DNA from: Microthyrium microscopicum
Taxonomy: Eukaryota
NCBI GenBank assembly: GCA_010405405.1
Contig: MU004239.1
Span: 1,566,722 to 1,630,721 of the forward strand
Direction of reading: 5' to 3'
Length of the DNA: 64,000 bases
Shown: positions 11,976 through 24,863 of the stretch, piece after piece
How the letters are laid out: the number at the start of each line of letters is the position of its first letter
Position numbering within the stretch: position 1 is the first letter of the stretch
Notes under the pieces: generated by a model
The model's input: only the letters and a program-made list of their open reading frames with translations
What the model was told of the DNA's origin: nothing
Database searches by the model: none
Program-made: the position numbers and the translations under genes

Positions 11976-14900
11976 TATTTTGAATAACACCAACAGCCTT
12001 CACGGACATCTCGAAAAAAATTGCAGCGGCTAAATTGCTCCAGGGATCTAAACCGGATTTAGCTATATAATTACGGCTACTCAAAAACTCCCCTTAGTGT
12101 AGAGTAGTGAAAAACGCAAGAGGCCCGATCCTGGACAAACATGTGGACAAGTCCAGCCACAATTTTGCATTATTTGTTTCAGAGGTCGTTCACGAACGAA
12201 TGCAATTCGCAAAATACCAAAATCCCACATTTTTTTCAACCACCAAAGTGGAGAATTCCGAAAATCCGAAAAACGCGTGGTCTCAGGCCCAACAATCCCA
12301 TTTGGCTTTGGGGGCGCCACAACAGATGTCGTGGCGGACGATCTAGGCCGTCTTTGGCCCACATCCGTCATGTCTATTTCGGATATTGATAATGATGTCG
12401 TCACTCATTTAAAAAATGAGTAGAAGCGCATTTTGTATGCAAAAAAGCGTTTTGATTGTTTTCTTGCTGACCTTGCGTTTTCTTGTCCGAGTTATGTCGA
12501 CAGTCTTTCAAAATGCCGAAGTAGGTTTGTAGGATCCGTATTTCATGGGCATATGAAGTGGCGTTGATCTGTATCTTTAAACTGCAGGATTGCGGTTCCA
12601 CTGGCTGGCTGATGATTTTCGCTGTCGTGGTTAGTAGCTGCATAATCCTGCGATTATGCTTGGATGCCTGATTACACTCCATACAGGTCGTTGAAGATAA
12701 GGCATCAGCAAAGGAGGATTGTACATGTATGATCAATTATATTCCGAATTCAACGTGCGCTTTGGATACACTTGAAGTTTCTGCCTCATACGGGTTCAAG
12801 ATTCTGGACCTGGAGATGTTTCGCGTTCGGAACTTAAGCTGACCAAAGTAGCTTCCGTGTGAACACAGGGTTTGGAGATACAGTACTATGTAGCACACGG
12901 AACGGATCCCAACGGAACGATGTAGTCTAGCTGGTTATCGTTCACGATGCCTCTTTTCGGCAAATGGGTGAGCATATCTTGACCCTGGGTAAATCGAGAA
13001 ATGGTAAGTTGGTATCTCTATCCTAGTAAATGCTATTGGGATGTGAGCTAGGTACTGTACAGTGATAGATGTTCGATAATCCTTCTAGAATCCTGGAGAA
13101 GAATGGTAGATTTGCATCCGCTGTTGGCCTCATGGGCAGTATGTTATCACCGATGAATCTAATATTGATTCTGTATCTGGATGTTCACGATACTGGGAGT
13201 TGCATAAGACTATTAAGCGCTCAGCTAAGAAGTGACTTTTTATATTCGTGCCTGAGGGATGAACTTCGGATACAAAAGTACTTGGTACTAAAGAAGTCTG
13301 AAGCAGTGTAATCTGAAGTCGTGTTACTCATTTTTAGCGACACTGTGGATTTCGTGACATTTCCATGGTATTGGTTCTCTTCTCTTCTTCACTCACATCT
13401 AATAACGTGAATTGTCAACTGGATTCAGTTGTTCTTTATCCTTTAAGCGCTAAGTCTAGCCTAAAGGCCTCTTCATTTCCGGCTCAGGCTCCCATATCAG
13501 TATCCATCAAAAAAGATAGGCTCAACAGTCCAGCCCCCCATCCAGGAACTAGATTGAATCTAGCTACTTTTGAGGAATATCAAGGGTCTAATCGACAATT
13601 TAAACCTTCAAGCTCTCTAGCCTTTTGGCGTCTCCGTTCCCTGTATGCGTTGCAAATTCCGGCGTGGACAAGAGTCAACCTCAGGGTTTCTTAATTACTT
13701 ATTGGAAAATCCTGTGGCTTTGCGACCAATAGACTGCTTCAAAAGACAAAACTTTATACGACTTCAACCCTACAAGGCCAGCATTTCTATCGCCCAGTTG
13801 AGTCACGGGTATTGGAACCTTGCCTGCGAGCCTCCAATATCAGGTGAAATAAGTGGCGGCTGTCAAGCTCTCACTATCTGCCCAGAAATCAAGTGCTCAA
13901 ATTCATGTAAGGTGGGCAGGTTACAGGAAGCGGTCTGATACTCTGCTCACGGCACAGAAACTCTGCAGCGCAAGCGTTGTAGATTACTGTGGGTGCTTAA
14001 AAGGGGTTGGGTGGATGAGGAGCGCTGGATCGGATCAAGCTGGCTGCTTAAGCGATCAATAATCAGAAACCTAAAGAAGCCAGACAACATCGCAAGAGGC
14101 TCTGATTGAGACATTCGAGTCCAAATTGAGCAACATCTTCAACATTAAAGACACAAAACCTGCTTGTCAATCTACGAAAGTGGTTGAGGAGGTCTAGGAT
14201 TGGAGCAGCATCCGCCAACAACGTCTAGAGGACTAGAGAGCTTTTGAAAGCTTCCAGGGAAGCCCTCGTCTCGAAACTGGGCTGTCATCAAAGAATTATT
14301 ACTTGCCGAATAAACGGGCAGTGGCTTGAAGCCCTTGGACTGGCTTTAGGCTTGTTGGGTTTGTAGGATTGGCTCATCCACTTTGACGCCCAGTGCTCAC
14401 AACCACAGCGTGTATCCGTTTGGCGAGAGTGAGACTCAACAACTGGGCCTCCCACGCAAGCAGCAAGCTTGCATCCAGATTCCAGACAACGGGTTGCAGA
14501 AGTAGGGAATTTCTAGGTTTGCCAGCAAGCAGATCGGCAAAAGAACAGCATTCTGCATGAATATCGGTAGTGTCAAAAGTACCTACAGGCATCTAGGTAC
14601 TAGTTACTTACAGAGGCAGTGACTACTGGCTGGTGGCAGTTTTTCCCATTTTGAAAAGGCAGTCAAGAAGGCAGGCACTACCTTCACCACAGTCTACAGA
14701 TTGTCCGAAAGTAGAGGTCGCAGCTGCTCAGTGCTGGGTCGCGCTATCCTCAAATCCCTATCCCTATCCCTATCCCCAAATCAAAGAACCATTAGAGCAA
14801 GATCGATTGATCCATCGCTCCTGCTTTACAGCCTTTACTACAGTAGTCGCGGCTGCCAACTTACAACTTGCAACTCTCAACTACAGGCACTGGCATTATT

Positions 14901-15430
14901 ATTGGCAAGAGCGACCCCCAACCTTGCGCGCTGTCTGGCGTCAATCAACCTCCAAGGCTCCACCGCTCCTGCTCTCTCTATTGTTCCTCTCAACTGCTCC
15001 TGCCAACCTGGTCGGCTCCTAACGCGGTTGCTACTTCCTCAACCTTTCTTACCTCTGACCTGCAATCTCTCCAATCTTAACTTCCCAACTACCTCTCACT
15101 CCCTCCTCAACCTCATTCTCTACTTCTCTCCTCCTCCTTCAATCCCGATCTTCCCATCGTTTCACCTCTGTCGACCTCAATCCATCTCCACGCTCGTTCC
15201 ATCGCCCTTATCTACAAAGTAACAACCTTAATAAACCACCCCGAACCGATCTCCAAGCTTGGGTCTGCCAGGTTGTCTACCCTGTTATCCTCTCTTCTTC
15301 CCCGGTATTTCCAACACGACGAGCCCTCCATCGACTCAATCCTCTCGAATATCCCGTATCCGTCATCTCTTTACAATCGTTGTTAGTGTGCTGCACCACT
15401 GCCGGCTCTTTGTCAGTCCTCCGGACCTCC

Positions 15431-18335
15431 ATGGCGGAAGCTCCGCCGCGCTTGCGGATCTTGTCAGGTATGTAACAAAAGTCAAAAAACGGCCCACTTT
15501 TACCCATGATTTGGTCTGCCCCGGCATATGCATATATTGGCTCTATACGATTTTTATGTCGTTGGACTGTCATGCTACACTCAATCGTTCCAGAGTCTTT
15601 TCCGCGTCGCGCCGGCCCAATTCATGCCGTTCCCCGCTGGTCTTGTACTCCCACGTCACCCTATGGCTCTCGCTGTTGGGTGCTTGCGGTCCATGGGAGC
15701 AGCATCCACTTCTTTCCAGTTGTGATGCTTCCCTAGGGACCTAGGCACTTTCAACACCTGCCTGGAATCCTTACTTTCCCATTCTACCTGCCTGCCACGG
15801 GTCCAGCTCTTTGCCCCTTGCACCCTTGCCTCCCCTCATCTTTCCTTTGTCCATTTGCTGTCTTGTTTTCTTCACGCTCTCAACATATCTCTCAACATCC
15901 ACATCCTCCATTGAGGCCCCATCATCATGATTCGGCGGGCTAACTGGTGCATCTTTCCAGTGGGCGGGAACGCTGTCTCTGCATTTCTCTCCTGGCGACT
16001 ACAAGCTACCAATGCTTGCGACGTCACTTTAGTCTGGAAGTCGGGATATGAGACCGTCGCTCAGTATGGCATATCCATCAAGTAAGTTTAATACCGATCC
16101 TTTCATGCGCCGAATTAACAGCTTCAAGGTCCCAACTTCTCGGCAACGAACGATTCAAGCCATACGCAGGTTAGTCTTACACATGCTACATGCCGCCTCG
16201 AGTTCACACTAACACCGTTGATAGTCGTTCGCACACCAGAAGAAGCTGCTCAGACAAGCAAAATTCCCTACGATTATGTCGTTCTCTGCGTTAAAGCCCT
16301 TCCCGATGTATACGATCTAGCGAGCATCATCGAATCCGTCGTTACACCCCAACATACCTGCATCCTCCTTAATACTACCAGTAGCATTGGCATCGAAGAA
16401 TACTTGGAAGAGCGGTATCCAACTAATGTGGTTCTGTCACTGGTCTGCGGCGCCGACCTTTCTCAAGTCGGAGCCGCCGAGTTTGAACACAAAGGTCAAT
16501 CAACAGATATGTGGGTAGGATGGGCCAACAAGAACAATAACATACCTGAGGCCATCCAGAAGGATATGGCCGAAGCACTCGCCATGACATTATCAACAGC
16601 ACAGGTGTCCTGTCTGGTGTCGCTCAATATCAGACAGCAACAGCTGGAAAAAATGATTGGGTATGTCACACAAATCAATTCCATTTAATTTGCTAACTTT
16701 TCTAGTCCAATCGCTTTCCATCCCACTAGTGTTTTGTTCAACAATCCCAACCTCTCACAGCTCTACGAGATGCCTGGGGTGTCGGCAATGGTTAATGGCA
16801 TTATTGACGAATTATTGAACCTTGCAAAATCTTATGGATGCGAGCTGGATGATGGCTTTCGGGAAAAGACCATTGCAAATATGCGTGCATCTCAAGACGC
16901 AGTCACCAGCGTAATGTATCAGGACTTTCTCGCTCGCCGTCCAATGGAGGTCGAAACTTTCCTTGGAAGCCCCATTCGTTTAGCCAAAGAAGCTGGAATA
17001 TCACTGCCTCGTGTCGAAGTGCTATACGCTCTTTTACATGACCGAAATCAGAGAAATCTCAAGGGCGAACTCCCACCATCTCCAACATACCAAGGTGGAG
17101 CACCACCTCGATCATCATCCATGTCCACTGCTGGTGCTCGACCCCCAATGAATGGCATGAAAGCCGTTCGAGGGAGTCGTGCTCCTTCAATGGTCGGCCA
17201 GAGAAGAGGACCTCCTCCCAATGGATATCCTCCACGGATGAACGGTATGAACGGCCACCCTCAAAACGGTGGACCCTACAGCCGCCGCGATTCGGTGGAA
17301 GGCGATCTCGAAGAATTCAGTCATGTGATGCTCTACGAGAACGTCCCCGACGGGCAATTCCAAGACGGTTCTAGCGGTTCATTCGGCGAACCGTCTGCAG
17401 GAACACCGTCAAGTGGCGAACTTGCTCTCAGAGAACGGGAATTGCAGCTCAGACATCGCGAAATGGAGTTGCGAGAGCGCGAAGCTGGCATGCAAATGAG
17501 ACGAGGTCCGCCCCCACGTGGACCACCGCCTCGACAACGCCCACCACCCGGTGGAGCAATGTACGACGACGAAGATGAGGATGACTTTTTCGACGCAATG
17601 GGCGGTGGACCACCTAATAACGACAACTTCGACATGCTTAGCATAACGTCGCGGCGTCATCGAAAAATGCCATCTGGCGGTGGTGGCATGTATAATCAAC
17701 CAAACGCATCTCGCAGCAGCAAAAACATATTTAGCCGGAAAAATCGTTCCAGCACTCGGCTGATGCAAGACATTCCCTCTCCTCACGATTCACTCCGAAA
17801 CAATCCTCTACTAGGCTATTCATCAAATCGATATGGTACAGTTGATAGAACGACGTTGGAAGCAGAATCTCGAGCAGGTTCAATGACGAATGGAAGGATG
17901 AATGATCTGGCTATGCAGCAAGGCCCTTATCCGGGCATGCCTGGCCCTAGCATGCGTCGTGCAAGTCACTCTCCAGGCAATCCACTGAGTCCAAATGGTA
18001 TGGGACATTCACCACCAAATGGATACTCGAATGGCACGCCACGCAACGGGCCGATGCCAGGCCAACGACCATCGCCTCCAGGAGGCGTAAGACAACCGAT
18101 TCCGCGACATCCGCCAGGACATGGTAACGCAGTTGCACCTCAACAGGTGGAACAACATGCCGGGGTGAGCACTCTTTATCCGCCCAAGCCTACAGTTCGA
18201 AATCTGACCGGGAGTGTGGGTGCTAGCGCCAAGACTGGTAAAAGTGCTCTAACAGAATCGTCGACCGAAACTTCTGCCAACAGCAGCGCGAGTAGTCTTC
18301 AAAACCGCCCACGGCAACAAATAATACCCGCCTAA
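15431..18335 (+). CDS. Ketopantoate reductase (PanE/ApbA)-family protein, Svl3/Pam1-like, with a long Pro/Gly-rich tail, 5 exons, 754 aa
   Basis: Exons 15431-15467, 15961-16081, 16129-16169, 16225-16660, 16706-18335 join in frame. Motifs RLRILSVGGNAVSAFLSWRLQATNACDVTLVWK, YDYVVLCVKALPDVYDL, SVMYQDFLARRPMEVETFLGSPI. Confidence 0.88.
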
Positions 18336-20067
18336 TCCATCACTCGATACCCGAATGCTCGACTTTGGCTCTCCTATACTTTGTCCCATTTTTTGGACAT
18401 TTCGGGACTCAGCCCTTGTCCACCGTTCATTCTACCTGGAAGAAAAAAAGCGGCGTTTTTACTACGGCAATTGTTTTTGAAAGGTATAGCGATACATTAC
18501 ATGCCGATCAGCACGTCAATGTTTTATTGCATAGTTTCCCTCACGTCTATAATACATAATGAGATAGGAGGGAATGGTGGCGAAGCAGAGAAAAAAGAAG
18601 GCTCCATCGACAAGTTGAAGGAGCAACCTAATGACTTTGAGTTGCGGGATGAGCAATTGCTCATCTATGATTGAGTGGAAGAAGCGTTCAGCGAATTGCA
18701 CGGAATGCCCAACATTCAATGGGTACTGGGTCTCTGGATACAGCTGCTGTTCTCCCTATTTCATCCTTTACATATATACATATCGGCCAGGCGGGGAAGT
18801 TGGACCATTCGAATGGATTTTTTTCAGGGAACCAGATCAGAAATGGGAAAACTCTCTTCAAGCTTAGGTGGCTGTTTCTCTCTTTGTTTTTTTTTGTTTT
18901 GCTCGTCTCAGAAATCATACGGCATTTTAATTCCCCCATTTGTCCGCAAAGAACCAGAGCACTGTTGCATTTTGGCGTTGATACATGCTGCTTTTTCCCG
19001 AGTACTACTCTCTATCCATTGCCATCCTCGGAGGCTAAATGGACATGGCAACCACACAACCCGTTTTCTTGTGGATTTTCTCCTCTTCTTGTTCATTTCT
19101 TCAAAGTTGCTATCAACGCAAAAGGAAACGATTATTTTCTAGTACCCATAACGTCTTTTGGTCTTGGGCTGCGGGCTCAGGTTGGGGTAGATGATGGAAG
19201 TGTTCGGCGTATAAACCTCGCAGCAGGACGTGTAGTGTCTTCCTGGCATGTTACCTGGGGTTTCCCAAGGTTGAAGTGGTGGTGGTGGTCTTGTTGAGCC
19301 ATGGATGGAAACTTGGCTAGGCTGTTTTGTAGAAACAGGATATTGTGCACGACTTTATACCAATGAATGAACTGCCTACAAGTCAGAAAAGACTTTGGAT
19401 CCTGGGCTTTTGCTTCCTCATATTCTCGCGTCTGGTGCCTTTCTTGACTGTCTAACGAAGCGTGTCTGGACAGTGCTATGAGTCCCTGAGGATCTATCGA
19501 CTTGCGTTCTAGACTTTACATGTGCCTTACAAGCCTTGTCAGTGATCTTGGTCCTGAAAACGTCTGGTTGCTACTGGTAAGCTTTTCAGTGGTTGGATGA
19601 CATATTTCAGACCGTAATTTCGAAGTGCCAACATATAGAGTATACCAAGCGGAGGTTTTATGGTCGGAAAGTCTTGGTTCACCATACTCACGTATCACAA
19701 GACACTTTTAAGAAGTCAACCATGGTACTAGATTTCGCCGCGTGGACTGAAGTATATATTCCCCGACACCCGACTCGTTCTGCATTTCCACTCCCACTCC
19801 ATCTTAAGAAACAACAAGATTTTACTTCTCGTGTACTATCGAAAACACTTTCAGTTACACGCCGTACCCCGAATATTCTGACACCAAACACAGTCACCAA
19901 CATCGTAAAGAATCCTTGCTCAGCCTAACCATCGGATCCGGTCACACGGAAGAGAGAAAACTAAACTCCAAATAGACTACTGCACTTCGGCTGCATAACA
20001 TCGCCCCGACACTTGTCGAGGTCCAATCGAGGCCAAATTCTTTGTTGTAAAGTGATATCATTACTCA

Positions 20068-20136
20068 CCCCGCCTCACGACAACCTGCGGGGGTAAATAA
20101 AGCAAAACCCACGAGCTGGAAGAGTATATATACTCT
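20068..20136. promoter_or_regulatory. Candidate glucokinase promoter elements: an inverted pair of SYGGRG (CreA/Mig1-type) boxes and a palindromic TATA element
   Basis: CCCCGC at 20068-73 and GCGGGG at 20087-92; perfect palindrome AGAGTATATATACTCT at 20121-20136; 350-420 bp upstream of the ATG. The motifs are short and function is inferred only. Confidence 0.35.
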
Positions 20137-20486
20137 ACTTCAAAGCACATCTTTGATACAAGAGTCTGCCATCACGACAACAATTACAACCTTTGGTATA
20201 CCCACTCCGCCTTGGGCTATCCTACTCATTCCACTGGCTACCTACCTCCTCATCTGTGTCACTGCCCCGAAACCTCAAGCTATTACCACCAGTCGCTGGC
20301 ACGCTGCTTGGACCATTCTTGCCATCCTTACCATTCTTCCGCTGGCAGTCGTTGTCCCACGTTCACCGTGTGGAAATTATTGGCTGGTAGACAGATAGAT
20401 ATCTGGTCTTCCTCGCTCACTTCGAGCCTGCACGACACTGGGTTTACTCAGACTATACAGTAATACTACTAAACGAAATCACCATC

Positions 20487-22113
20487 ATGACATTAGCAAA
20501 GGCAGCACAGAGGGTCGCGGAGGAGTTTGAATTCACGCCTGATCAGGTTCGCAATGGGGTCAAAGAATTCCTGGCTGAAATGGGTAAGCAAAGTTCAATC
20601 TTTCTATTTGACAGTATTGCTAACCAAACAACAGATGATGGATTACAGAAAGATGGAACGTTTATGAATCAGATTCCAACCTACGTAACCGCCGTCCCAA
20701 ATGGTACCGAAAAGGGCCTATATATGGCAGTCGATCTAGGAGGCACAAACTTCCGCGTCTGCTCCATTCTGCTACATGGCGACACCACCTTCACACTCAA
20801 CTCGAGCAAGATCAAAATTCCCCAGACACTCATGAAGGCGCAAACAGCAAAGGAGCTATTCGCTTTCTTGGCCAAACAAATCGAGGCCTTCCTCAAGGAG
20901 CACCACGGAGAACACTATGAATGCCACATCGAAAAGAAGCAAAAGGGCGAGCAAGCCTCGGAAGAAGAGATCTTTAACATGGGTTTCACTTTCAGCTTTC
21001 CAGTACGACAAGTTGGCATCAACAAGGGATATCTTATACGGTGGACAAAAGGCTTCGACATCGCCGACGCGATAGGAAAGGATGTATGCGGTCTTCTTCA
21101 AGCAGAAATCGACGCGCTGCATTTACCCGTTCGTGTCGCAGCACTAGTGAACGACACGGTAGGGACACTCATGGCGCGCAGTTACACATCTCCCGGCAAA
21201 ACAGGTACTCTACTAGGCGCCATCTTCGGAACCGGCACGAACGGTGCCTATGTCGAAAAACTCTCCAAAGTCACCAAGCTCACAAACGCCGAGGAAAAAG
21301 GGCTATACGATGAATCGACGGGCGAAATGATCATCAACACCGAATGGGGCTCTTTTGATAACGGCCTCAAAACGCTACCAAACACCAAATATGACGCTGC
21401 GTTGGACAAGGATACTCCTAACACGGGCATACAAATGTTTGAAAAACGCATCTCGGGCATGTATCTCGGCGAAATCCTGCGCCTCGCCATCGTTAGCTTG
21501 CTCGATGATCCTGCCGTCCCCCTTTTCAGCGATGAAAACTCTGGCTCAAACGACTTCCGCACCACTACACTCGTCAACAAGGACTCGGCCTTATTGAAAC
21601 CATGGGGCATTGATACCTCATTCCTCAGTCACACGGGCGGCGATTCGACGCCAGGCTTGCAGATTACCAGACAGGTTCTCCAGCGTGATCTAGGAGTTCA
21701 TGGCCCTTCGATTGAAGATGCTCAGGCAGTGCACGTTATTGCAGCTGCCGTTGGCAAGAGGGCGGCTCGATTATCTGCCATTGCAGTCGGAGCGATTGTA
21801 CTGCAGTCGAAGAGATTGGATGTGCCAGCGAGCGATCCACCGATTGATGACGATATGGTCGACATTGGCGTGGATGGCAGCTTGGTAGAATTCTACCCTG
21901 GCTTTGAGGAATACATGAGAGAAGCGTAAGTTCTCACCTTTCCTCACTGATATTGGTCGATTGCTAACTTGTTGTAGACTAGGTGAGATTCCGGGTGTCG
22001 GAGAGAAGGGCGAGAAGAGAATACGGATTGGCATTGCAAAGGACGGTAGCGGTGTTGGTGCTGCGTTGATCGCTTTGGTCGCTGGACGGGCCTTAGATGC
22101 AGTAGCTCGCTGA
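20487..22113 (+). CDS. GLK1: Glucokinase (fungal hexokinase family, Glk1/GlkA type), 3 exons, 507 aa
   Basis: Exons 20487-20583, 20635-21925, 21978-22113. Motifs AVDLGGTNFRVC, MGFTFSFP, WTKGF, LVNDTVGTL, IFGTGTNGAY, INTEWGSF, KDGSGVGAAL. Confidence 0.93.
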
Positions 22114-22773
22114 ATAAAGAATTGAAGACAAGGGAGGTTTGATGGGCTGAAGCATTGGAATGGGCCATGTAACTTGTATATCATCTGTTGCGGCTGGAAT
22201 TTGTTGGCGAGGGTGCTATCTGTAATTGAATAAGAATAGTACAGTAATCAATGCTCGTCGGCGTGTGAGGTTTTGGTGATGCATCATAGGGGTCTGTTTC
22301 AGGATTGTGTACTGTGTGCTACTCCAAACAGCAAACGATGATAGCAATATGACCACTCTACTTGATTTTTGAAACTCTTTATTGACATGAGGATGGAAAG
22401 ATTGCGACAGTATTTAATAGAGGCAAAATAATGGAAGCTACATGTCTAAAACTCGGTGATGGAGGCCGACGAAGACGATGGGAGGACATTGTTTTGTATC
22501 AAATGCGGGTGGTTGCCATGGAACCAGTGGCTCCTGCCAAAAGTGCCAAAGGCTCCTTTCCTTACTCCACCACCAACACCGACCATCTTTACTTCTACAC
22601 CTGCAAGTTCTTGCTGACCTTTTCACTCTCTCTGCTCAATTGTGTTTGCTCTGAACTTCTCTTCTTATCTTCGCCCGTATCGACCGCTCAATAGCCCAGA
22701 ACACTGTCGCGCCCAGGGTTGGGTAAACACCCTCGTTTGTTGATTAACAACAGCCTTGCAACATACCTTGACA

Positions 22774-24863
22774 ATGGATTCTCAAAATCATCACTTCGCG
22801 CTTCCTACTCCGCCTCCTCCTCTTGTAACTCGCAATACCAACGAAAACTACGATCCTCATACTCCATCTACACCCAACGCATACTACAATGACTTTGTCA
22901 CCCCGCAGCAAACACCGCAAGGCTCGCCTAGCAAATCCCAAGTCCCGCCTGGCGCGTTCGACCTTCCCAATGTCTTTGACAATGCGATGCGGCTAGCTCC
23001 GACTGGGGCTGGAGCATCAGCCGGTTCTCCAAACAAGTCTGGCGCGGCAACGCTTGGTGCTCGTCCCCAGCTGTCACCCTCTAAATCAGACTTTGGCTAT
23101 GACGCCCAATTGCCCGGCAGCCCAACCAGCAAATCAAACAAAGAGAACACGACACCGGGCTCTGGTGTTCGTGGTGTGAAGAAGGATGCCGGCTTCCTTA
23201 CGCAGGCAGCTCAATCCCGTCAACAGCCATACGTATCTCGCGAGGTGGACACCTCACCTTCGCGCCCAGCCTATGTGCAACGTGGGCTGAGCAAGGAGGA
23301 TGTGGAATTGCTTGCTAAGCCTACGGTAAAGCGATTGGCCAACGTTACACAGCTATACTTCTTGGACTACTACTATGATATGCTGAGCTATGTTCATGCT
23401 CGTCAGACACGATTGACTCAGTTCAAGTCTGCGCATCCTGCTCCGCCTGATATGCCAGAGGCGGAATACAATGAAGCCTTGACTAAGTACCTCGGACGCG
23501 AACGAGCGAATTTGCGAAAGAGACGGACGCGCTTGCGGCATGGTGATTTCCAGATCTTGACCCAGGTTGGTCAAGGTGGATATGGTCAGGTATATCTTGC
23601 ACAAAAGAAGGACACTCGAGAAGTTTGTGCTTTGAAGGTCATGAGCAAGAAGTTGTTGTTCAAGTTGGATGAGATTCGACACGTTCTCACTGAGAGAGAT
23701 ATTCTCACCACGGCTAACAGCGACTGGCTTGTGAGATTGCTTTATTCTTTCCAGGATGAAAAGAGCATTTATCTTGCCATGGTAAGACTCAATATCTGCA
23801 TTTTGACTAGTTGCTCACATTGTTTTTAGGAATACGTCCCTGGTGGAGATTTCCGAACCCTTCTCAACAATACAGGCGTCATTCACAACCGCCATGCTCG
23901 CTTCTACATCGCCGAAATGTTTGAGTGCGTCGACGCTCTACACCAACTTGGCTACATTCATCGCGACTTGAAGCCCGAGAATTTCCTCATCGACAGCACT
24001 GGCCATGTCAAGCTCACCGACTTTGGTCTCGCAGCTGGCATTCTCGCACCCGCCAAAATCGAGTCCATGCGCATCAAGCTCGAGTCGATCGGCGATGTCA
24101 ACAGCCCTTTTGGTCGCCCAATGGAAGAGCGATCTGCTACGGAACGTCGTGATGGCTACCGTAGTCTGCGCGAACGAACCGTCAACTACGCCAAATCCAT
24201 TGTCGGATCCCCTGACTACATGGCGCCTGAAGTTCTCAAGGGCGACGAATACGACTTTACTGTCGACTACTGGAGTCTCGGATGTATGCTTTTCGAAGCC
24301 CTCGCCGGATACCCGCCTTTCGCTGGCGCCACCGTCGACGAGACCTGGCAGAACCTCAAGCGCTGGCAGAAGGTCCTCAAAAAGCCCGTTTATGAGGACC
24401 CCTCGTACTATCTCAGCAAGCGCACCTGGGACCTGATCACACGTCTTGTGGCGGCAAAACAGCAGCGCTTCCGCAGTGTCAAGGAGATTCGTGCGCATTC
24501 GTACTTCGCTGAGGTAGACTGGGTGCATCTACGTGAACAACGCGCACCGTTTGTACCGGAGCTGGACTCGGAGACAGACGCAGGCTACTTCGATGACTTT
24601 AGCAATGAAGAGGATATGGCCAAGTACAAGGAGGTGCATGATAAGCAGGAGGCTTTGGAAAATATGGCGGATCGCAGTGAGCAGATGAAGAAGGGCCTGT
24701 TTGTGGGCTTTACATTCCGGTATGCATATCCTGGAAACTTTTTCACTGGAAGAATACTAATTGAATCCACAGTCATCGCAAACCACCTACAGATGAGAAT
24801 GGCAATTCGCCTCGCAAGCAGCAAGCGCGTGAGGCAGATGGTAACTTTGGCACCATCTTCTAA
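22774..24863 (+). CDS. DBF2: NDR/AGC Ser/Thr kinase Dbf2/Sid2 (mitotic exit / septation network), 3 exons, 662 aa
   Basis: Exons 22774-23781, 23830-24719, 24773-24863. Motifs KRLANVTQLYFLDYY, GQGGYGQV, HRDLKPEN, DFG, YAKSIVGSPDYMAPE and the hydrophobic motif FVGFTFRHRK. Confidence 0.95.

Noticed and set aside
18671..19297. 208-aa and 155-aa ORFs downstream of the Svl3-like gene
   Set aside because: Non-ATG starts and Phe/Leu-rich composition typical of T-rich 3' UTR or intergenic DNA.
20153..20398. 81-aa hydrophobic ORF upstream of glucokinase
   Set aside because: TTG start; it lies in the probable 5' leader, and the hydrophobicity follows from CT-richness.
23938..24528. Long antisense ORFs over DBF2 (and similarly over G6PD, SUB2 and ARB1)
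   Set aside because: These are shadows of codon bias on the opposite strand of conserved genes.
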